From assembly GCA_951406725.2 (NCBI GenBank), contig OX597820.1, positions 18,724,001 through 18,788,000 of the forward strand: 64,000 nucleotides of DNA, written 5' to 3'. The notes under the pieces were generated by a model that did not search any database, was not told where the DNA came from, and saw nothing but the letters and a program-made list of their open reading frames with translations. Numbering within the stretch: position 1 is the first letter of the stretch; every line of letters starts with the position of its first letter. Below are positions 12,036-24,561 of the stretch, in pieces. This DNA is from Octopus vulgaris (taxonomy: Eukaryota). Position numbers and translations under genes: made by a program.

Positions 12036-14740
12036 TTTTTCCAACTTCCGAGAAATTTCGTCAAAAACTGCATGAGAAGTTCCAAGGATTTTCTAACTTC
12101 TGGGAAATTTCATCGAAAACTTCATAGGAAGTTCCGAGGATATTCTAACTTCATGGAAACTTGATCGAAAACTGCATGAAAAGTTCCGACGGTTTCAAAC
12201 TTCCTGGAAATTTGGTCGAAAACTGCATGGGAATTTCTGAGGATTATCTAACATCCGGGAAATTTCGTCGAAAATTTCTAGAAAAGTTCCGAGGATTTTC
12301 TAACTTCCGGGAAATTCCTTCGAAAATTGCATGGGAAGTTCCAAGTATTGTCAAACTACCGAAAAATTTTGTCGAAAACTTCTTGGGAAGTTCCGAGTAT
12401 TTTCTAACTTTCGGGAAATTTATTCGAAAATTTCCTGGGAAGCTCCAAGGATTTCTAACTTCCAGGAAATTTGGTCGAAAACTTCATGGGAAGTTCCGAG
12501 GATTGTCTAACTTCAAGGAAATTTCGTCGAAAACTTCTAAGATAGGTCCGAGGATTTTCCAACTTCCGGGAAATTTTGCAAACCATCAAATGCATAAAAA
12601 TAATTTTTAATTCCTTTAGACATTCTAAAATACTATTAAATTTTATTCAATTTTAAAAATGGTAAAATCGGACAGAACTTATGGGATTAGCTGATATATA
12701 TATATATATGTGTGTGTATATATACAAGCTAAGCCAAAAGTCATACACCAAAACATTTTACATTTTCCTTGTCCTCTTTCTGTTTTTGATTTTTAATTTA
12801 TCTTTCTGTTTTTTTAAAAATTCAATTATATATGTGTGTTTGTATATATACACACACACATAAACACACACGTATGTGTGTGTGTGCATGATTGATCACA
12901 TGCAGTAGACACTTTAGCTGGTCTTTTCATTGAAGAAGGAATTTATCATTTTGGCACAATGTAAATTTCTTTCAAGCATATTGGAATGGCTAAATTTCTT
13001 TATTAAATTAGAAAATCGCTGGAACTTTTCGACCAGAAAATCCCCGGAACTTCCCATTCAGTTGTCGACGAAATTTCCCGGAAGTTAGAATATCCCCGGA
13101 ACTTCACAAGCAGTTTCGACCAAATTTCCCGAAAGTTAGAAAATCCTCGGAACTTCAGAGAAAGATTTCGACCAAATTTTCCGAAGTTAGAAAATTCACG
13201 GAACTTCTGATGCAGTTTTCGACAAAATTTCCCGGAAGTTAGAAAATCCTTGGAACTTTCATGGAAGTTTTCGACGAAATTCCCCAGAAGTTAGAAAATC
13301 CGAGGAAGTTTTCGGCGAAATTTCCCGGTAGTTAGAAAATCATTGGAAATTTCCTGGACGTTTTCGACGAAATATTCCGGAAGTTATAAAATCATCGGGA
13401 CTTCCCATGCAGTTTTCGACGAAATTACCCGAAAGTTACAAAATCCTCGGAACTTCAGAGAAGTTTTCGACCAAATTTTCCGGGAGTTAGAAAATTCACG
13501 GAAATTCTGATGCAGTTTTCGATAAAATTTCCCGGAAGTTACAAACTCCTTGGAACTTTCCTGGGGGTTTTCGACGAAAATCTCCAGAACTTAGAAAATC
13601 CTCGGAACTTCCGAGGAAATTTTCGACGAAATTTCCCGGAAGTTAGAAAACCCGAGGAACTTCCGGAGAAGTTTTCGACCAAATTTCCCGGAAGTTCGAA
13701 AGCATTGGAAATTTCCTGGGAGTTTTCGACGAAATTTTCCGGGAGTTAGAAAATTCACGGAACTTATGCAGTTTTCGACAAAATTTCCCGGAAGTTAGGA
13801 AATCCTTGGAACTTCCCTGGAAGTTTTCGACGAAATTCCCCAGAAGTTAGAAATTCCGAGGAACCTCCGAGGAAGTTTTCGACCAAATTTCCCGGAGTTT
13901 AGAAAATACTCGGAACTTTCGAGGAAGTTTTCGACCAATTTTCCCGGAAGTTAGAAAATTATCGGAACTTCCCATGCAAGTTTTGACGAAATTTCCCTGG
14001 AATTAGAAAATTCTCGGAACTTCAGAGAAAGTTTTCGACCAAATTTTCCGGAAGTTAGAAATCTTTCAAGCATAGGAAGTTCCGATGATTTTCTAACTTC
14101 CGGAAAATTTCGTCGAAAACTTCCAGGAAAGTTCCAATGATTTTCTAACTTCCTGGAAATTTGGTGGCAATCTTCCTCGGAAGTTCCTCGGATTTTCTAA
14201 CTTGTGGGGAATTTCGTCGAAAACTTCCAGGAAAGTTCCCAGGATTTTCTGCCGGGAAATTTTGTCGAAAACTGCATCAGAAGTTCCGTGTATTTTCTAT
14301 CTCCCGGAAAATTTTGTCGAAAACTTCCTCTGGAGTTCCGAGGATTTTCTAACTTTCGGGAAATTTCGTCGAAAACTTCATGGGAAGTTCCAAGGATTTT
14401 TTAACTACCTGGAGATTTTGTCGAAAACTTCCTGGACAGTCACGAGGATATTCTAACTTCCGGAAAATTTTGTCGAAAATTTCCAGGAAAGTTTCAAAGA
14501 TTTTCTTACTTCGGTGAAATTTCGTCGAAAACTGCATGGGAAGTTCCGAGGATTTTCTAACTTCCGGGAAATTAGGTCGACAGCTGCGTGGAAAGTTCCG
14601 AGGGCTTTCTTATTTCCGGGAAATTTCGTCGAAAACTGCATGGGAATTTCCGATGATTTTCTAACTTCCGGGAAAATTCGTCGACAACTGAATGGGAAGT
14701 TCCGGGGATTTTCTGGTCGAAAAGTTCCAGCGATTTTCTA
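12036..14740. repeat. CpG-rich 52-bp minisatellite in three blocks (12036-12580 +, 13008-14061 -, 14075-14740 +)
   Basis: Unit consensus ggaagttccgaggattttctaacttccgggaaatttcgtcgaaaactgcatg (52 nt). Confidence 0.92.
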
Positions 14741-15164
14741 ATATAATAAAGAAATTTTGCCATTCCAATATGCTTGAAAGAAATTTACATTGTGCCAAAA
14801 TAATAAATTCCTTCTTCACTAAAAAGAGCAGCTAAAGTGTCTACTGCATGTGATCAATCATACACACACACATATACGTGTGTGTATATATACAAACACA
14901 CATATATAATTGAATTTTAAAAAAAAAACAGAAAGATAAATTAAAAATCAAAAAACAGAAAGAGGACAAGGAAAATGTAAAATGTTTTGGTGTATGACTT
15001 TTGGCTTAGCTTGTATATATACACACACATATATATATATATCAGCTAATCCCATAAGTTCTGTCCGATTTTACCATTTTTAAAATTGAATAAAATTTAA
15101 TAGTATTTTAGAATGTCTAAAGGAATTAAAAATTATTTTTATGCATTTGATGGTTTGCAAAATT
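12572..15164. repeat. Large inverted duplication (palindrome)
   Basis: 12572-13008 is the near-exact reverse complement of 14741-15164, and the satellite orientation flips at about 14062-14074. Confidence 0.92.
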
Positions 15165-16112
15165 CAGAAGTGGAGATTTCAACCTTGAAGATGAAGATCG
15201 AACCGGATGTCTAGTTGTATTTGATGATAAACTCCTTGAGGCATTACTTGAAGAAAATCCTGCATTATTAGTTGAAGAATTGGCAATAAAGCTTAGTTCA
15301 AACCATACAACTGCTCATCATCATCTTCAACAATTTGGAAACATTACTAAACTTAGAAAATGGGTGCCTTATGAATTGTCCGAAAACAAATCTCGACTTG
15401 ACACGTGCTCTTCTCTCCATTCTTGTAAACTCATTTCACCCTTTTTGAATAGACTTGTAATTGGTGACGAAAATTGGGTCTTCTATCGAAATGTTAAATG
15501 TCATAAACAGTGGCTTGGTAAAAGGGAAAAAGCTCAATCACAACCGAGAAGAGAATTTCATGGGAATAAGGCTCTTCTCTCTATCTGGTGGGATTGCAAA
15601 GGAGTAATTCCCTTTGAATTGTTACCACCTAATGCAACAATCAATACTCAAGTCTACTGTCAGCAATTAGAGCTTTTGAACCAAGCTTTGAAGAAAAAAG
15701 ACCCGCTTTAGTGAATCAAAAAGGAGTAATGTTTCATTAGGACAATGTGCAACCCTGCACTGAAACGATCTCATCACAGAAGATCGAAGAACTTGGTTGG
15801 GAAAAAATTCCTCATCCACTATATTCTCCCGACCTTGTTCCTTCAGACTACCATTTGTTTCATAGTTTACAGAATCATTTGGGGGACATAACTTTCGCAA
15901 TCCAGGAGGAGGTCGAAACTGACATCTCAGAGTTCTTTGGTTTGAAACCAAAAGAGTTTTACATTGATGGGATTAAAAAGCTTGTAAATAAATGGAAGGA
16001 AGTCATAGATAATCAAGGAAAGTACATTGATGATTAAATTTTAATTAAATATAGCATTTGATCACTTGTTTTCTTTATTCAAAATTCGGACAGAACTTAT
16101 GGGATGACCTGA
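15042..16112 (+). mobile_element. Mariner (Tc1/mariner) DNA transposon, internally deleted, transposase broken
   Basis: TIRs tcagctaatcccataagttctgtccga / tcggacagaacttatgggatgacctga with TA flanks; motifs WVPYEL, IGDENWV and HPLYSPDLVPSDYHLF in ORFs 15280-15711 and 15747-16037. Confidence 0.93.
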
Positions 16113-16171
16113 TATATATATATATATATATATTTAAATATATATAGATATGTATATATATATATATACAT

Positions 16172-16345
16172 ATCATCATCATCGTTTAACGTCCGTTTTC
16201 CATGCTAGCATGGGTTGGACAGTTCAACTGGGTTCAGGGAAGCCAGGAGGCTGCACCAGCCTCCAGTCTCATCTGGCAGTGTTTCTACAGCTGGATGCCC
16301 TTTCTAACACCAACCATTCTGTGAGTGTAGTGGGTGCTTTTTACA
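16172..16345 (-). mobile_element. Very short 3' end copy of the RTE LINE, with (CAT)n tail
   Basis: Matches 39074-39255; similar stubs at about 18140-18235(+), 31826-31990, 54490-54620 and 57020-57230(+). Confidence 0.8.
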
Positions 16346-16390
16346 CCCTCTACACTCACGGATATATATATATATAAGTATGTGTGTGTG

Positions 16391-16422
<32 letters not shown>

Positions 16423-16470
16423 GAAAGAGAGAGAGGGGGAGAAGAGAGAGAAGAGAGAGATATAGCTTGC

Positions 16471-16617
<147 letters not shown>

Positions 16618-17748
16618 GTAGAGACAGACAGACAGATAGACAGATACTGCACAGTGCCTTTATTCAATGCAGTTAACATTCCAAGAATTAGTCTACTTAA
16701 CCAGAGAAAAAACCAGCACAGCCGAATGAAGGAGTCCACTGTTGTAAATAAACACCAGATGCAATATATACTCAGTCGGTGAGTGCTTCTTATGGTGTGT
16801 AGTCCTGAGTATATAAATCCTTACATGTATGTATAACTGTCACCAAAATATTTTTTTCCTCTTGTATCTTCTCTCCACTCCAAAAATGAAGATGATGTAT
16901 TTGGTGACATTCCAACAAACAAACATAAACATTAATTATGGATAAATTCGATTTTATTTAACTTTTCTTCTCTCCCAGATGAAAACAAAATTGTGAAATA
17001 GTCAGTATGGGGATAGTAGTGATGATGCTGACGATGGCAATTGTGATGACTGAGGTGATGAAGATGATAATGATGATGATGATGATGATGATGATGTTGT
17101 CAATGACGATGATGATTGTGATGATGATGATGATGGTGATGATGATGTTGGTGATGATGATAGAACCATATGGTTCTGGGTTCATTCCCACTGCATGGCA
17201 CCTTGCGCAAGTGTCTTCTACTATAGCCCCAGGCCAACCAAAGCCTTGAGAGTGGATTTGGTAGACGGAAACTGAAAAGAAACCTGTCATATATATGTGT
17301 ATGTGTATATGTATGTGTGTGTATATGTTTGTACATTTGTGTTTGTCCCCCAACATCACCTGACAACTGATGCTAGTGTGTTTACATCCCCCTAAATTGC
17401 CAGGCGATTGATTTATAGTTACTGGTTTAAAATGCTTTGTTAGAGACTGTTTTTGACTAACTTCAGCATCAGACAACAGCATATCTTCAGTTTGAAGCGG
17501 GAACATTTATCAATTAAATCACTATATCCAGTGTTGTGATTCCCTAGAATATTATCGAGTGAGTTCTTTTACAGGGCTTAGAAAATCTGAAGGACAACGG
17601 CAATAAGTGTGTGAATCTGAGAGGGTTGCATAAAATCATAATTAACTGATCTTGTTGTATCTTCTTTTACCAAAAGCCTGGAACTTTTCAGCACCCACTC
17701 ATGTGTGTGTGTATGCATATATATATATATATAATATATATATATATA

Positions 17749-18091
17749 TATCAATAATAAAATGGTAAAATTAATTAATTATTAATTAATTTCACCAAGT
17801 AGTGTTCAGTATGTAAAAGGACCATTCAAGGTATATTTAAAATATTACGTTATATAATTAGGGTTCAGTAAAATAATTTACTTTACCACACACCGAACTT
17901 TTAGAAATAGCAGCCAAAAAGTTTTTTTAGCCATTTCTTCTACTATAAGAAAAAGCCTTTTTGAGTAAACACTGTGTGGGAGATTTTTCTTATAGTAGAA
18001 GAAATGGCTAAAAAAACTTTTTGGCTGCTATTTCTAAAAGTTTCGGTGTGTGGTAAAGTAAATTATTTTACTGAGCCCTAATTATATAACG

Positions 18092-18093
<2 letters not shown>
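17749..18093. mobile_element. Fold-back insert in (TA)n, probably Penelope-like pLTR-derived
   Basis: About 110-bp inverted arms at 17846-17954 and 17984-18093, 29-bp spacer, TA tracts on both sides; carries the motif tttggctgctatttcta. Confidence 0.6.
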
Positions 18094-18138
<45 letters not shown>

Positions 18139-18252
18139 GCAGCCACCTGGTTCGCCAGACCTCAATCAAATCGTCCAACCCATGCTAGCATGGAAAGTGG
18201 ACATTCAACGATGATGATGATAATGATGAGGATGATATATATATGCACACAC

Positions 18253-18301
<49 letters not shown>

Positions 18302-18708
18302 AGGCACAGGAGTGGCTGTGTGGTAAGTAGCTTGCTTACCAACCATATGGTTCTGGGTTCATTCGCACTGCATGGCAACTTGGGCAAGTGTCTTCTACTA
18401 TAGCCTCGGGCCAACCAAAGCCTTGTGAGTGGATTTGTAGATGGAAACTGAAAAGAAACCTGTCGTATATATGTATATGTGTATATGTATGTGTGTGTAT
18501 ATGTTTGTGCATTTGTGTTTGTCCCCCAACGTCACCTGACAACTGATGCTGGTGTGTTTACATCCCTCTAACTTTTGCGGTTTGGCAAAAGGGACCGATA
18601 GAATAAGTACTAGGCTTACAAAAAATTAGTCCTGGGGTCAATTAGCTCGATTAAAGGTGGTGCTCCAGCATGGCCAGAGTCAAATGACTGAAATAAGTAA
18701 AAGAGAGA
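18302..18708 (+). mobile_element. SINE family A, full length
   Basis: tRNA-like head, internal (TA)(TG) tract and conserved tail. Further full or near-full copies at 18981-19398(-), 19468-19858(-), 27263-27715, 33412-33836(-), 37315-38586 (three), 52555-53765(-), 59835-60325 and 61463-61885. Confidence 0.88.
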
Positions 18709-18729
18709 GTATATATATATATATATATA

Positions 18730-18946
18730 CGAAATGAGGCTGAAAAGTTTCTGGGTTTACGGGTATCACAAAATGCCTTGTGGGATTCCCAATCTTTCAA
18801 GTTGTTTTACAGGGTTTAGAAAAACTGAAGCACCACTGCAATAAGTGTGTGAATCTGAGAGGGGAATATGTTGAATAAAATCATAATTAACTAGTTCTCC
18901 TGCATTTTCTTTTACCCAAAGCCAGGAACTTTGCAGCACACCCTCA
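18730..18946 (+). mobile_element. Mariner-type MITE (about 215 bp)
   Basis: Imperfect TIRs gctgaaaagtttctgggttt / aaagccaggaactttgcagc in a TA context; homologues at 17557-17702 and 19869-20468. Confidence 0.7.
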
Positions 18947-19190
18947 TGTGTATGGGCATATATATATATATATATATATACTCTTTTACTCTTTTACTTG
19001 TTTCAGTCATTTGACTGCGGCCATGCTGGAGCACCGCCTTTAATCGAGCAACTCGACCCCGGGGCTTATTCTTTTGTAAGCCCAGTACTTATTCTATCGG
19101 TCTCTTTTGCCGAACCGCTAAGTAACAGGGACATAAACACACCAGCATCGGTTGTCAAGCAATGCTAGGGGGACAAATACAGACACACAA

Positions 19191-19223
<33 letters not shown>

Positions 19224-19396
19224 CATATATACAACAGGCTTCTTTCAGTTTCCGTCTACCAAATCCACTCACAAGGCTTTGGTCGGCCCGAGGCTATAGT
19301 AGAAGACACTTGCCCAAGGTGCCACAAGGTGCCACGCAGTGGGACTGAACCCGGAACCATGTGGTTGGTAAACAAGCTACCTACCACACAGCCACT

Positions 19397-19466
<70 letters not shown>

Positions 19467-20008
19467 TATTCTTTTACTCTTTTACTTGATTCAGTCATTT
19501 GACTGTGGCCATGCTTGAACACCGCCTTTAGTCAAGCAAATTGACCCCAGGACTTATTCTTTGTAAGCCTAGTACTTATTCTATCGGCCTCTTTTGCCGA
19601 ACCACTAATGTTACGGTGACATAAACACACCAGCATCGATTGTCAAGCGATGGCAGGAGGACAAACACAACCACGCAAACACACACACACACACATATAT
19701 ATACGACGGGCTTCTTTCAGTTTCCCTCTACCAAATCTACTCACAAGGCTTCAGTCGGCCTGAGGCTATAGTAGGGGACACTTGCCACACAGTAGGACTG
19801 AACCCAGAACCATGTGGTTGGTTAGCAAGCTATTTACCACCCAGCCACTCTTGCACCTATTATATATATGAAGTGAGGCTAAAATGTTCCTAGCTTTAAG
19901 GGGTATCACGAAAGGCCTGGTTGGGGTCCCAACCTTCAGAGTTCTTTTACAGGGCTTAGAAAAACTGAAGGACCACTGCAATAAGTGTATGAATCTGAGA
20001 GAGGAATA

Positions 20009-20392
20009 TCTCTCTATATATAAACGGCAGTTTGTCTGTGTGTGTTTCTGTGTGTCTGTTTGGTTGTACCCTCACCCTGACCACGGCTTTCAACCGATTC
20101 TGATGAAACTTGACACACACATAGCCCAATGTCATAATTCAAAACTAACGCAGCGAAAATTTTGAAAAGTTCCCCCAGTTCTGAAAAAGATCGATAAATT
20201 CGACATGGGGTCGACAATCAGAAACACAAACCACAGATGGTCTAGGGGACGCAACTCGACCTTTTTAACTATCAAAAAAATTTACTATCATTTTTTTTCC
20301 CATTTTTTTGCTATTTTTTGGCTATAACTCTCTAAAAATGCTTTATAGTTATTTCCCTTACAAACACGAGCAACGCCGGGCGATACTGCTAG
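20009..20392 (+). mobile_element. Non-autonomous Helitron inserted in the MITE copy at 19869-20468
   Basis: 5' TC (tctctctatatataaa), GC-rich subterminal segment and CTAG 3' end, inserted between host A and T with no TSD; the MITE resumes after it (ggaata|ttctggataaaatcat). Confidence 0.85.
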
Positions 20393-20564
20393 TTCTGGAT
20401 AAAATCATGATAGACTGATCCTCCTGGATTTTCTTTTACACAAAACCAGGAATTTTTCAGCAGCTTTTTAGAGCTACGTATCTGATGAATAGGTTGCCTG
20501 CATGTTTTAGCTAATTTAGAACATAATCAACATTTTTGAGGGGTTTTAGTAAAATATCTGAATG

Positions 20565-21158
20565 ATATCATCATCATCATCATCACCTTACCACCACTGC
20601 CACCATCATCATCTTCATCATCATTATCATCACTGTCGTGACCAACATGTTCACAACAACCACCACCATCGCCTCCACCACCATCATCATCACCACCATC
20701 ACCATCATCATCGTCATCATCATCATCACAGCCACCACTATCACTAACACCACCACCATCACAACAACTACCACCACCACCACTATCACAACCACCACCA
20801 TTGTCATAACCACCACCACCACCATCATCATCACCGCCACAACCAACATGATCACGATGACGACAACCGCCACCACCATCACCATCACCACCACAGCTTT
20901 CACAACCACCACCACCACCAGAACAACTACCACCACCATCACCACTGCCACCGCCGCTACCACCACCAGTGTCACAACCACCACCACTACCATCATCATC
21001 ATCATCATCATCATAGCTACCACCACCGCTGCCACCATTGCTACAACCACTGTCACAACCACTACTATGACCACCACCATCATCATCATCATCATCATCA
21101 TAATCAACATCATCACAATCATCATCATCACTATCATCATCAGCAACATCATCATCAC

Positions 21159-21205
<47 letters not shown>

Positions 21206-21273
21206 CAATCGTCATCGTCATCGACAACATCATCATCATCATCATCATCACAATCGTCATCGTCATCAACACA

Positions 21274-21312
<39 letters not shown>

Positions 21313-21369
21313 TATCATTGTCATCACCTCAATCATCACGATTGCCATCGTCAGCATCATCACTACTAT
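20565..21369. repeat. Degenerate (CAT/CAC/CAA)n low-complexity tract
   Basis: Direct reading; a similar tract with GAG/GAA runs at 49850-50440. Confidence 0.9.
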
Positions 21370-21854
21370 TTAAAATTTCTAACAAAGTAATTTGGTTTTA
21401 CCACAATCTCATTGCAAAGAAGCAAGAAAAAAAAAGAAGAAAAAAAAGAAAGTGTTTTGTAACTTAATGAATTCTTGAAGTGAAATTAAAAACGAAGGAT
21501 GAAAGACAGAAAGAAAAAAACATAAGAAAATGGAAGAAAGAAAGAAAGAAAGTGAGGAAGGGAAATGAAATTGCTTCTTTGCCTCTGGGCCAGGATATGG
21601 AGGAGTCCAAAAAGGCGTGTCAATTGCATGTATGGATAATTGGTTGAGAGCAAATAATGCCATCGGATAAATTTGGAGTCAAGAACCTGGATGCTTTCTT
21701 TTGTGAGAAATATCCTTAAAACTTTAGTTCAAAATGAAGCAGATAGTGTTACCATGGAAACATAGTATCTAGTGGTGATATTTTATTGATATTGATTGTA
21801 ACTATTAATGCATGGTAACTATTGACAGTCAACAACAAGGTCCAGTCCTTGTTG

Positions 21855-22170
21855 CAGTATGGTGGCTTCTATGCTTCAGTGACCCTGTGAGTTATGCTAG
21901 TGGAGCACAAGATCTTAGTTTGTTTTCCCATGCTGGACAGATCAAAGGATAGAGGCCAGATGTATGCAGACAACCTCTTCCCAAAGGTAAAAATTATTTT
22001 GCACAGGGTCAATGTACCTATCCTGAAAGGAGCAAAGTTACAGAAGCATTGATGACAATTCATTACCAAGACCTGGGAAGACCTTATCTCAGAGAAAATA
22101 GCTCAGAATTGTGGACAGTTGAGAAAAGTTGGCAATGGCCTATATTCCATAGGGAGCAAAGAGCTTACAT
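21855..22170 (+). mobile_element. Possible bipartite (5'UTR plus 3' end) non-autonomous RTE derivative
   Basis: 5' part (tgaccctgtgagttatgc...cccatgctggacagatcaaaggatagaggccaga) resembles RTE 5'UTRs and 3' part (ggcctatattccatagggagcaaagagctt) resembles RTE tails; recognised from memory only. Confidence 0.4.
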
Positions 22171-22624
22171 TAAATGAACTCTTGATGATAATTCTTAATC
22201 TTGATACATCCTCAGAGATGAGAGATAAAGTGCTTCCTACCTAGCTACATTCATGGCCAAAAGTTTGAAAGATTTTTTTTATAATTAAATTTTTTATGCC
22301 CAAGTAGAATTTGATTCAAATATATACAACATAGAGATATACTTAGCAAATAACCCAACCATGCCAGCATGGAAGGCAGATGTTAAACAATGATGATGAT
22401 GGTGATGGATAACTGATCCAATAGCTCAATATCTAGAAGGAAAAATAGGCAAAACCAAAAATAGAGTTCTAGATCAAATTGCGTACTTTTAATAGATAGA
22501 AGGTTGTACATCACATACAGAAATATGTTCCGAACTTTTGGCCCTAACTGTAGATAGAGACCAGTCTAATGAAGTAATGAAGTATCAGCCCATGTATGTA
22601 TCATATTTTATGTAGCGACTTTGT

Positions 22625-22890
22625 TGATGGACCAGTTACTGCAATATTTATCCTAAGACAACGTCTCTTATAGACTTGCTGTGTTAAAAGCACAATAAAT
22701 ATCAGAGGGAGATGAAAATTCATTCCATCTGTAGCCAGCAAGGACATTTCAGCCTTTTTGGGCCTCTTCAGTGGCTTATACGCATGGGGAGCCACATGGT
22801 CAAATGAGAATTTTACCCCTCTGATATAAGGGGAAAATGAATAAAACATTTACTGATGTTAGAAATAGCCACCAGGGTGAATAAAAATTC
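22625..22890 (+). pseudogene. piggyBac-like transposase relic, second copy
   Basis: SLIDLLC*KHNKYQ and VASKDISAFLGLFSGLYAWGATWSNENFTPLI resemble the piggyBac N-terminal region; homologous to 4925-5150. Confidence 0.5.
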
Positions 22891-23722
22891 AGTGTATGCA
22901 ATTAGCTTTAAATGATTTAATATTAGTATTTGTTGCTTTGAATGAACAGAGACAACAAAAGGTGGGGAAACACTTTAGTTTCAAGGGATACTAGATAACC
23001 ACACAAGTTTAAATACACTCAGCATATTTTATAAAGTGTTTAGTGAATAAACAGAAAAGTCTTTATTTATTTGTTCACAGTGGTTATGACTAGATGACTA
23101 TAAAGCTCTCATTATACAATCAATATTATACAATCGATATGACAGTATCATTGCTTTCTTTCATGTTTTCAAAAATATTTAATGATTTGTCACTCATTAA
23201 TGAAACAGCTGTAAACTTTGGAATAAATGGGATACCAACAACTCCATTTTTTACAAAATACAGTTCCTCCAACTAACCTGGAATGAAAACTTCTTATGAC
23301 AGCATGAAATGACACTATGACTAACTTCTTAGCCATGATTAGCTCGAGTGAAACTAGTAGACTATGTAAATATTTTATTTCATGAAAAATATATATATAT
23401 GTATATTTTGTAAAGCATAAAATTTCTGCACATTTTCCTTCTTTTTATATTTTTCAGTACAATTCAGCCGTGTGAAAAATTTTAATCATTGAACTTTTTC
23501 ACTATGTGTGCATACACACACACACACACATACATACATACAGTGAATAGTTAAAGTCAACAAATTTCATAGCTGAAGTTGAGTGATATAAGTTCCTGCA
23601 GCATGGTGACTTTAGTTGTATCACAAGCACCAGTCAGTTAACAGACAAACAATTTATATATACCCATGATCCATCAAAGAAAGAGCACCAAAGACTACTT
23701 ACCACACAGCCACTCCTGCGCC

Positions 23723-23754
<32 letters not shown>

Positions 23755-24561
23755 TCTTTTATTCTTTTACTTGTTTCAGTCAGTTGACAACAGCCATGCT
23801 TGAACACCGCCTTTAGTCAAGCAAATTGACCCCAGGTCTTATTCTTTGTAAGCCTAGTACTTATTCTATCGGTCTCTTTTGCTGAACCACTAATGTTACG
23901 GTGACATAAACACACCAGCATCGGTTGTCAAGCGATGGCAGGAGGACAATATGTCATTTATAACTGAGATGCTAACAAGTTAAGTATCTGCCAAGTCTTT
24001 TGTGTTGTTGCTGGTCAGCCCAGCTACTGACAAAAACAAGTTCTTAATGTATCAATCAAGAATTTGAATTGCCAGCTGCTTGCTGGTGTCATCAATCTCT
24101 AACAAGATCCTGTTTTGGTATTTACAGTTATTTTTATGCCTGAACATAGTGATTTGAGTTCAATTCATAGGCAATGAGTTGCTGCTGAGTACTCTGTCAA
24201 TATTCCTCCTACAAATTGTATAACAGGGCCTGACAAGTCAGTGAATTGCATAATGCTCTAATATCAAATTTGAGATGTATTTTACAGCTGGATGCTCTTC
24301 CTAAATACTTGACAGAGTATTTTGGGTGCTTTTTCATGGCACCAACACGAGTGACTATGCATTTTCACTCTAGTTTCTTTTCTTTGGTGCCTTGTTGAGG
24401 ATTAAATTCATTTCCTGATCACTGTAAATCAAAATTTACAGCAAGTTTCAGTCGCACTTCTCTGTCTGCCTCTGTCTGTATCAGTGCTCCACAACCTGTA
24501 TGCCATAGCACACTGGTGTGCCATGAGACGATGCTAGTTGTGCCACAGTGTAACCTAAATA

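Noticed and set aside
12036-14740. 52-bp palindromic repeats as a CRISPR array or coding repeat
   Set aside because: Units are contiguous with no unique spacers, there are no cas genes and the context is eukaryotic; the ORFs are repeat translations
20527-21390. Long Asp/Gly-, Thr/Ile- or Met/Val-rich ORFs
   Set aside because: Open in several frames on both strands because the trinucleotide repeat lacks stops; no domain or splice support
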